Below are positions 25,259-32,000 of a DNA stretch of 32,000 bases, in pieces. The translations under genes and the position numbers were made by a program. Position 1 is the stretch's first letter. Every line of letters begins with the position of its first letter. Where the stretch lies: positions 30,001 to 62,000 of the forward strand of contig NZ_CP025989.1 of NCBI RefSeq assembly GCF_003072485.1. The letters are read 5' to 3'. Source of the DNA: Candidatus Fokinia solitaria. Lineage in GTDB: Bacteria > Pseudomonadota > Alphaproteobacteria > Rickettsiales > Midichloriaceae. Under the pieces are notes generated by a model that made no database searches, had not been told where the DNA came from, and saw only the letters and a program-made list of their open reading frames with translations.

Positions 25259-26971
25259 TCATAATAAAAGTAGTAATGCGGATGATAATATAAAGAATCC
25301 TATTAATTTCATTGTATCAGTTTTAGTATACATCATGATAACACTCCCAAGAGATAGTGCTACTACCATCTCTTTTGTGATATTTTTTACGTGAATTGCT
25401 GAATATTGCAGTTCAGCGAAATACTTAGCAAGGCATATCATTAACTTCACTGGTATGACTAAAAGTTGCAAAGTGTATTTACTATAATCAATAAAGCTTG
25501 TTGCAAGATATATCATGGATAACGGCATCACAATTATATCTACTAATGGAATAATAATAAAGTTCGCAAATATGGAGTAAATTGAGAGTGTATGAAAATG
25601 AAATGCTACTACAGGTATAGTGCATAGCGTCGCGATAATAGAGCATGTTATGAGATTTTGAAAATAAATGCATGACTTTAACAAGATATTTTTCGATTTT
25701 GTATTGTCAGAATCGATGCCACTAAAACTAAACTGTAAGTTATGAACGCAGTATATAACTCCTATACAAGCTAAGAATGACATCTGCATGCCGGCGTTCA
25801 ATATTGCTTCCGGCTGTAATAACAATATTAATGATGCAGTAGTAGCCAGTACACGTTTTATATCGTTGCCCTTTCCAATAACAGTACCAAGTCCACATAA
25901 TAGAAACATTAATACTGCTCTTACTCCGGAAATAGGAGAATTGACTATTAGTAGGTAAAATACTACCAGTACAGATACTATGCAGTAAGACAGTTTTGTG
26001 CTGAAGATACTATTTATAGAAGTATAAATACGTAGTAAGAAAAATCTTATTATGTACAACATCATTACTGACATTACCGTGATGTGCATGCCAGAGATTG
26101 CTATGACATGAGAAGTGCCGGAGATTCTGAAATATTCGTAAATGTGTTTCGGTATTTTATATACCTCTCCGAGTAATAATCCATTTACTACTCCGCTTAC
26201 GTCATACTCCAATGCTGTATCGATTTGCGATGCAATTTTATGTCTTATTATTTCCGGAAGATATAATGCGAAATTCGTGGATTTTTTCAGCAAAGTGAAA
26301 TCGGTGAGAGAGAATCCTACGGCGCCTATTTTTTTAAAATAAGCAAATTGCGCAAAATCAAATGGATAATGCTGCTTTACTGTTTTAGGTGGAAACAATT
26401 GCGCATCGAAAGATACTCGTGCGCCTAGTATGTTAGTGTAATCTTTTAACGTAGCATTATATTTTTTGTTTACTCTTATCCTTATCGCATGCGGTGTATC
26501 AGATATATGTACCTTACTAATGTGTAAGTTTGTAAGAAGTACTTTATAATGATCATTTGCTTTACATATTGATTGTACGACACCGTCTACATGCGTAGTG
26601 ATTTTGTGATTTAATTTTGGCGCATGTACTGTGATGATTCTTAAATCCATTGCTATGACACCAAGGCAAAAGAAGAAAGATATGCAGCAGATGATATTTA
26701 GAAAATCAGTTTTGTTGTTTGTGCTTGTATTGCTTCGTTTTAGGTAACATAACGCAATAAATAAGAATATAGAGAGTAGCCATATAAATGTGACATCAAT
26801 ATTATATGCAATTCTTGCGATAATGCCTGATGATAAAATAATCGGAATCCACAGTACGATGTACTTCCCTTCCTCTAGCAGTTCTACGAAGATCTTCTCC
26901 TTATGCTTTTGTAAGATATCCGTCAGACAGTAGAAATACCTGATCGCAGCTTCTTGCAATATTGTCATCAT
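25259..26971 (-). CDS. comEC: ComEC/Rec2-family inner-membrane DNA-uptake channel protein (short form, no C-terminal metallo-beta-lactamase domain evident)
   Basis: 570 aa, polytopic, with the competence-domain motif FRISGTSHVIAISGMHITV. No HxHxDH motif is seen. The ATG-ATG start at 26971/26968 overlaps the upstream ABC ATPase gene by about 70 nt. No canonical start exists downstream of that gene's stop. Confidence 0.8.
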   Translation of the reverse strand: MMTILQEAAIRYFYCLTDILQKHKEKIFVELLEEGKYIVLWIPIILSSGIIARIAYNIDVTFIWLLSIFLFIALCYLKRSNTSTNNKTDFLNIICCISFFFCLGVIAMDLRIITVHAPKLNHKITTHVDGVVQSICKANDHYKVLLTNLHISKVHISDTPHAIRIRVNKKYNATLKDYTNILGARVSFDAQLFPPKTVKQHYPFDFAQFAYFKKIGAVGFSLTDFTLLKKSTNFALYLPEIIRHKIASQIDTALEYDVSGVVNGLLLGEVYKIPKHIYEYFRISGTSHVIAISGMHITVMSVMMLYIIRFFLLRIYTSINSIFSTKLSYCIVSVLVVFYLLIVNSPISGVRAVLMFLLCGLGTVIGKGNDIKRVLATTASLILLLQPEAILNAGMQMSFLACIGVIYCVHNLQFSFSGIDSDNTKSKNILLKSCIYFQNLITCSIIATLCTIPVVAFHFHTLSIYSIFANFIIIPLVDIIVMPLSMIYLATSFIDYSKYTLQLLVIPVKLMICLAKYFAELQYSAIHVKNITKEMVVALSLGSVIMMYTKTDTMKLIGFFILSSALLLLL

Positions 26972-27554
26972 GTGTTGCTATAATGATGGTGGCGTTATCA
27001 TTTCTTGCAGTTTCAAGTAGTACTTCAAATACGCGATCTGCATTCTGCCTGTCAAGGCTACCGGTAGGTTCGTCTGCAATTATTATTTTAGGTGAATTCA
27101 CAAGCCCTCTTGCTACTGCTACTCTTTGTTTTTCTCCTCCAGATAATTTATCTACTACTACATTTTTTTTATGCGCCAAATCAAATTTTTGAAGTATGGA
27201 AAGAGCAACATCTTTATCAGCATCTTCAGCTTTTATCTTCATAGGAATTAAAAGATTTTCCAGTGCTGTAAAACCGCTTAACAGATAATGAAACTGATAT
27301 ATAAAACCTATCATCTTTTTCCTCATTATAGTAACGGTGCTATCATTTTTCGCATTACATTGAATGCCATCTAGTAGTAACTCGCCACTTGTAGGTGTAT
27401 CTAGTAAGCCAATAATTTGAAGTAGCGTTGATTTTCCTGAGCCAGAAGGGCCTACTATCGCAGTTATATTGCCGCGAGGAACAGAAAATGACACATTCTT
27501 CAAAATAGATTTTTGATCATCTATTTTTTTTTGAAGATTCTTCAATAAAATCAC
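26901..27554 (-). CDS. ABC transporter ATP-binding protein, LolD/MacB family (lipoprotein-release ATPase-like)
   Basis: 217 aa with a GTG start. Motifs: Walker A GPSGSGKST, signature LSGGEKQRVAVARGL, Walker B IIIADEPTGSLD, H-loop ATHD. No LolC/E-type permease gene is adjacent. Confidence 0.75.
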   Translation of the reverse strand: MILLKNLQKKIDDQKSILKNVSFSVPRGNITAIVGPSGSGKSTLLQIIGLLDTPTSGELLLDGIQCNAKNDSTVTIMRKKMIGFIYQFHYLLSGFTALENLLIPMKIKAEDADKDVALSILQKFDLAHKKNVVVDKLSGGEKQRVAVARGLVNSPKIIIADEPTGSLDRQNADRVFEVLLETARNDNATIIIATHDDNIARSCDQVFLLSDGYLTKA

Positions 27555-27558
27555 CGTC

Positions 27559-28056
27559 TTACCTTTTCAATTTCTCACTTTCTTGTAGGATGATCGCTTC
27601 GTGATCTTTATCACTCATCCTTAACATTTTTTCACGTAGTCCATCTTCTAAACTCTTTAATATATCGTTCGTAATGGATGCAATATGATGTTTCTCGGTA
27701 TTTTTTTTCGCTCTTTTTACAGCTTTATCGTGTTCGCTTTTCATATACTTTACTTTCCTGTTTGCTTCCTCGATTGCTTTATCATAATTAGTATATGCTT
27801 CGCTGATCTCCTTTTCCGTATATGTCGTCATCGTTTCATGATAGTGAATCATGTCATCCTTCCTTTTATACTGCTGCTTAAGCTCTCCTAAGGACGCCTT
27901 TATTTCTCTGAATATCTCTATCAACTTTCTCCGTAATGCAATGTATAGCGGCTTACGAGAGAATTTGATTATTATTAGTACGCATACAACGAATCCAGCA
28001 TTTGCAATGAAGCTGTGTGAATTGATATAGTGCGAAATTTTAAGAAAAGCATTCAT
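27559..28056 (-). CDS. Membrane-anchored coiled-coil protein, possibly an ATP synthase F0 b/b'-like subunit
   Basis: 165 aa with a single N-terminal TM (FIANAGFVVCVLIIIKF). This is followed by SRKPLYIALRRKLIEIFREI and a long charged helical region, resembling the b-subunit layout (TM, then K.L...L..R...I). Weak, pattern-level only. Confidence 0.35.
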   Translation of the reverse strand: MNAFLKISHYINSHSFIANAGFVVCVLIIIKFSRKPLYIALRRKLIEIFREIKASLGELKQQYKRKDDMIHYHETMTTYTEKEISEAYTNYDKAIEEANRKVKYMKSEHDKAVKRAKKNTEKHHIASITNDILKSLEDGLREKMLRMSDKDHEAIILQESEKLKR

Positions 28057-28220
28057 CAGATCTTCGTACTGTCATCTGTACGATTATATTGCAAAGTAAT
28101 GTATAAAATACAAGAAATTTTCATGATTTTATATATTTGATAGCATACCGCAGTATCGAGCGATAGAAAAAGTAAGAACAATATGATACTTATACAACAT
28201 TAATCGCTTTGATAATCAGC

Positions 28221-28499
28221 ATGGATATAAAAAACCTCTGTAAGCTTTGTGCAATTCATATGGAACCGCAAGAAATTGCATCAGTTGCGGAGAAATTAAA
28301 AACAGTAATAGATGCACTTGATAAGATTGCTGAAGTAGATACTACCGGAGTGGAGCCAATGTATAATGTATGCACTGAATTAAAAAAAGAGTCGCACTAT
28401 GCGCTGCATGACAAGAACGACGTGGTCGATGTTTCTCTATATTCTGGCAACAAGCATAAAGGATATTTTGCTGTTCTAAGTAAAATTATGCCTTCTTAA
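28221..28499 (+). CDS. gatC: Glu-tRNA(Gln)/Asp-tRNA(Asn) amidotransferase subunit C
   Basis: Small ORF with the GatC core IDALDKIAEVDTTGVEPMYNV. The track starts at TTG 28209, but the ATG at 28221 (MDIKNL...) is the more likely start. Confidence 0.8.
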   Translation: MDIKNLCKLCAIHMEPQEIASVAEKLKTVIDALDKIAEVDTTGVEPMYNVCTELKKESHYALHDKNDVVDVSLYSGNKHKGYFAVLSKIMPS

Positions 28500-29860
28500 T
28501 GAGTATCACAATGCCGCCATGGCCTAAGTTACTGAATAATAACGTACAGCCAGGCCTTGAGAGAATTAAGGAGATTATAACGGCATTACGTGTAGATATG
28601 AGTGCATTGCCGCCTGTAGTGCATATTACCGGTACAAATGGTAAAGGATCAACTGTAGCATATCTTGGAGAATGTTTTAAAAATGCAAAATACAGTACTC
28701 ATAGGTATATATCGCCTCATTTGATAAAATTTAATGAACGTATAGTAATACAAGATCGAGAGATATCCGATGAACAACTAGAAATTTTATGCAACTACGG
28801 AAGTCATATTATAGGAAATGAAGGCAAGTTTTCGTTCTTTGAAGCTACAACAGGATTAGCTTTATATGAGTTTTCTCAAAAAAAAGCTGATGTACTGTTA
28901 TTAGAAGTTGGAATGGGCGGAAGCTTTGATGCTACTAATGTAGTAGAGGAGAAAATCTTGAATATCATTACTCCTATTTCTATGGATCACGTTGAATTTT
29001 TAGGAGATTCTCTTTCTTCAATTGCCATGGAAAAATGCGGTATTATTAGACTAGATTCTATAGCAGTTGTCAGTTGGCAGCCGACGGAAGCAGCAAATGC
29101 CATTATATCATATTGCGAATCGAAGAATGTTTCTTTGGTACTTTTTGGTAGAGATTGGAATTTTGAAGTTTTTGATGAAGAAATTGAGCTACACTTCCGA
29201 TTGCCAAGACGACTACGTAATAAAGTGCTTGTCGATTCTCTCGCGCTTATCGGTATAGAAAGTCTTGAAGGAGGCACTGTATTTAGAATACCAAAACCGA
29301 CACTTGCTGGTATACATCAAATTTTGAATGCGGCGACGGCTGCAATTGCGATGCTTATGCTTGGATTGCTTTACTATAAAAAGATCTCTCTTCTTCATAT
29401 ATCTGAAGCGGTGAAGCATGCATTTTGGCCAGGAAGAATGCAGACAATCACTTCTCACGATCTTGGATATAACTTACCGAGTAACGTAACGTTGATTTTT
29501 GACGGAGCGCATAATGTTGCCGGTGCAGAAATGTTGATGGCGAGTATATTACAACTCAAGAGTAACGCAACACCATTATACGTAGTACATGGTCGTACAA
29601 AGGGTAGAGATATTGAAGGCTTTTTACGTTTTTTTCAGACGGAAACAGTATTACTATGTGTCACAGCGATTCGTAGCGAACCTAAATCTGAAAGCAGTTT
29701 AGTACTTTACGATAAAGCAACGAAAATGGGATTTAACTGTAAAATAGTTGAAGATGTACATGCTGGTATCGAAGAGTGCATATCTCACGCAAAGGATAAG
29801 AAAGCGCTTATACTCGTTTGTGGATCATTGTATTTATTCTCAGATCTCAAAACGAAGTAA
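28499..29860 (+). CDS. folC: Bifunctional folylpolyglutamate synthase / dihydrofolate synthase
   Basis: 453 aa with the Mur-ligase-type P-loop HITGTNGKGST, then ISPHLIKFNERI and LLEVGMGGSFDATNV, typical of FolC. The ATG overlaps the gatC stop (TAATG). Confidence 0.88.
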   Translation: MSITMPPWPKLLNNNVQPGLERIKEIITALRVDMSALPPVVHITGTNGKGSTVAYLGECFKNAKYSTHRYISPHLIKFNERIVIQDREISDEQLEILCNYGSHIIGNEGKFSFFEATTGLALYEFSQKKADVLLLEVGMGGSFDATNVVEEKILNIITPISMDHVEFLGDSLSSIAMEKCGIIRLDSIAVVSWQPTEAANAIISYCESKNVSLVLFGRDWNFEVFDEEIELHFRLPRRLRNKVLVDSLALIGIESLEGGTVFRIPKPTLAGIHQILNAATAAIAMLMLGLLYYKKISLLHISEAVKHAFWPGRMQTITSHDLGYNLPSNVTLIFDGAHNVAGAEMLMASILQLKSNATPLYVVHGRTKGRDIEGFLRFFQTETVLLCVTAIRSEPKSESSLVLYDKATKMGFNCKIVEDVHAGIEECISHAKDKKALILVCGSLYLFSDLKTK

Positions 29861-29898
29861 GGCGTTTTGTACGAAGGGCGAAAACTGAATATGCAGCC

Positions 29899-31032
29899 TC
29901 AAAATGTGCCCGCTATATTGCACATTACCAAGTTTTGAGTATCTTTTCCTTTATACTGCGTCTTTGATATTCCAAAGAGTATTGCGATGTGCTTGTTGTA
30001 GTGCACTTCAAAAAGTCCGATTTGATTTGATACATGTTCTTCACCGAAGAAGGTATCACTCATAAAGCCTATTCTAAATCTGCTAATTCCATATGAAGCA
30101 CCTAGATACATACTGCTTTCATCTCCCTTTAGTGATTCTGCAATATTATCGAATAAAGCGCCAGCAAGGGATAATTGTGCGCCCATGTATCCTATTTTCA
30201 TACCATATATCATACTGCTACAACGATTGTTACTTCTCTCTAAATATGCGTTTTCTCCACCACACCAAGTGGCAAAATCTACGTTTTTAAATTTACCGCA
30301 ATAAGAGACGATGGCACGTATGTTATCTCTGTACTGTTGTGGCGTTATACTTGCTGTATGCGGAAGGATTGATGTTTTTCCTAGATATTCGCTTGTATTC
30401 GGTACATAAGTAACGCCAACGGTAAAATCGTTATAGCATCCTACGAGACTGACTTTATTAGCAAATAACTGATTATTCTCGTATAGTGGTTGTTCACCAA
30501 GAAATGAAGAATATGGCTTTATGTTAGCGATGTTTTTAGTATCCGCGTCATCAGTGCTTAAACTCTGTTGTAGTAATGCAATAGGGATATATCTCATAGT
30601 ATGAGTACGAAATCCTATCAATTGATACTCTAGTGGATTGATGCTTTTATCCGTTTTCATGCTTAATACTAACTTTTGGTATGTGCCAGGAGTAATGTCG
30701 TGCTTTAAAATACCGTATACATTCTGCAGTATAGGCATACCATTCATTACTTCACTCCATGAGGTATATATTGCCCCTTCTACGCCTATGATGTACTTTA
30801 AGTAATCTGAAATTCTCTTTTTATATTTTAGCTCTCCTGTTAGAATAAGGTTATTACCGTATGTAACATCGTTACCACTTTGTTCGCTTAATGTATTCCA
30901 CATCTCAAATCCCATTTTCGAAGAAAACACGCCTTTTGTAGTATTTTCCTCGTTGTTGCTATACGCATTGGAGTATGATGTAGATGTACAAAATAGATAA
31001 AATGCATATAATGCACCAATATATTTGTACAT
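29899..31032 (-). CDS. Putative porin / outer-membrane beta-barrel protein
   Basis: 377 aa with a signal-like N-terminus (MYKYIGALYAFYLFCTSTSYSNA). It has many alternating amphipathic strands rich in G/Y (GMKIGYMGAQLSLAG, MYLGASYGISRFRIGF). The C-terminus NIAGTF ends in Phe. Confidence 0.5.
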   Translation of the reverse strand: MYKYIGALYAFYLFCTSTSYSNAYSNNEENTTKGVFSSKMGFEMWNTLSEQSGNDVTYGNNLILTGELKYKKRISDYLKYIIGVEGAIYTSWSEVMNGMPILQNVYGILKHDITPGTYQKLVLSMKTDKSINPLEYQLIGFRTHTMRYIPIALLQQSLSTDDADTKNIANIKPYSSFLGEQPLYENNQLFANKVSLVGCYNDFTVGVTYVPNTSEYLGKTSILPHTASITPQQYRDNIRAIVSYCGKFKNVDFATWCGGENAYLERSNNRCSSMIYGMKIGYMGAQLSLAGALFDNIAESLKGDESSMYLGASYGISRFRIGFMSDTFFGEEHVSNQIGLFEVHYNKHIAILFGISKTQYKGKDTQNLVMCNIAGTF

Positions 31033-31110
31033 TCAGAGCGCAGATGTTTATTTATAAAAAGTAATTAACTATAATTTTTCAGGGTAGCAATAGAATATTT
31101 TTAATATAGC

Positions 31111-32000
31111 GTGATTAATAGAAACCAAAACACCGATACTCCTATCAAAAATGCATTAAGTGCAATACGCACGATGGTGTGGTATGCGATTCTTACAAGT
31201 AGTGCTTCTGCTGCTTTAAGTGTGTGGATCTCGTTTTTTAGTTTAAATGTGTTAGATAAAGCTATACCTAGTGGCAATCTCGATACTTTAGGCGCTTTTA
31301 CATTTCTAGTAATAGTCGCTTATCTTGTAAACAGTGCAATTACCGGTGGTAGAGCTTTCGTAATGAGTAAGATCTCTTCATGGTTTGAGTATAAGATTGC
31401 AGATGCAGTACTTCATAATGCGATAAAGACTTCACTCGTTGCAAAGAGTAATGCTGGTAGCCAAAGTATCAGAGATTTACAAACTCTTTGTAACTACATT
31501 GCATCAAATGCACCAGTGATGCTTATAGATGCACCTTGGTCGCTTGTATTTACTATAATACTTTTCCTCATACACCCTATGATGGGCACTTTGGCACTCA
31601 TAGGATCTATCGCGATAATTATAGTAGGTGTCGTGAATGAGAGATATACGAAGAAACTTGTGGAAAAGCATAATGAAAATTTTATCGCAAGTATGAAATA
31701 TGTAGATAATCTCACTAGAGGCGCAGAGGTGCTTGAATCTATGGGAATGTCAAGAAGAGGTGTAGAAATATGGCATAAGATTAATCTGAAAGTGAACGAA
31801 TCGAGGATAGATAATAGCAAAAGACAAGCTTTTGCCACAGAATTCAGCAAACTTGTACGTGGTATATTACAGGTGTTTACGACTTTAACAGGTGCTTATC
31901 TTGTAATTAAAGGCGAAATAACATCAGGTGCTATGATTACTGGCTCAACGTTGGTTAGTAAAGCGTTAGAACCATGGGGAAATGCATTAAATGCGGTGAA
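31111..32000 (+). CDS. Type I secretion system ABC exporter (PrtD/AprD/HasD family), N-terminal membrane domain; truncated by window edge
   Basis: Absent from the ORF track because it runs off the right edge. Hand translation from GTG 31111 gives VINRNQNTDTPIKNALSAIRTMVWYAILTSSASAALSVWISFFSLNVLDKAIPSGNLDTLGAF...LIDAPWSLVFTIILFLIHP...GEITSGAMITGSTLVSKALEP. The NVLDKAIPS segment matches the V(Y/L)D(R/K)V(L/I)PS motif of T1SS ABC proteins. An alternative in-frame ATG lies at 31174. Confidence 0.72.
   Translation, partial: MINRNQNTDTPIKNALSAIRTMVWYAILTSSASAALSVWISFFSLNVLDKAIPSGNLDTLGAFTFLVIVAYLVNSAITGGRAFVMSKISSWFEYKIADAVLHNAIKTSLVAKSNAGSQSIRDLQTLCNYIASNAPVMLIDAPWSLVFTIILFLIHPMMGTLALIGSIAIIIVGVVNERYTKKLVEKHNENFIASMKYVDNLTRGAEVLESMGMSRRGVEIWHKINLKVNESRIDNSKRQAFATEFSKLVRGILQVFTTLTGAYLVIKGEITSGAMITGSTLVSKALEPWGNALNAV

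Noticed and set aside
31494-31850. 118-aa minus-strand ORF
   Set aside because: It is antisense to the T1SS ABC exporter reading frame, which I translated and which carries clear family motifs.
1-32000. Search for CRISPR arrays, IS elements/transposases, integrases, prophage, toxin-antitoxin or known defence gene clusters, and for signs of an alternative genetic code
   Set aside because: I saw no regularly spaced direct repeats. No ORF has transposase, integrase, phage or defence-type motifs. All conserved genes read through intact with the standard bacterial code, with no in-frame TGA needed.

Overview
AT-rich (about 35-37% GC by eye), gene-dense window that looks like the chromosome of a reduced, obligately intracellular alphaproteobacterium (Rickettsiales/Anaplasmataceae-like; inference only). 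The main clue is that housekeeping genes which normally sit in operons occur singly: atpE, nuoH and nrdB stand alone, gatA lies 27 kb from gatC, and rpmI-rplT lacks infC. I can support 30 protein-coding genes (two cut by the window edges), one tRNA-Leu(UAG), one mutS remnant pseudogene, one textbook intrinsic terminator and a three-copy repeat. I saw no rRNA, CRISPR, IS/transposase, integrase, phage or recognisable defence genes. The most interesting region is 13.4-17.8 kb. It holds two tandem, divergent paralogous beta-barrel surface-protein genes (13713-14855 and 15632-16720) built from near-identical nucleotide islands around variable segments. It also holds three copies of a unit made of the last ~15 codons of such a gene plus its 3' flank. 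Only one copy is attached to an intact gene; the other two are orphan tails. Directly beside this lies a C-terminal remnant of mutS with a nonsense codon and no P-loop. Three further beta-barrel OMP-like genes are scattered through the window (6764-8071, 20397-21032, 29899-31032), the last diverging from a type I secretion ABC exporter gene. Other oddities include a gatC-folC TAATG overlap, a 71-nt lolD/comEC overlap in a four-gene minus-strand block, convergent genes 4-6 nt apart, and TGCA-rich palindromes upstream of the second OMP paralog. All functional calls rest on motif recognition in the supplied translations or my own hand translations; no database search was possible.
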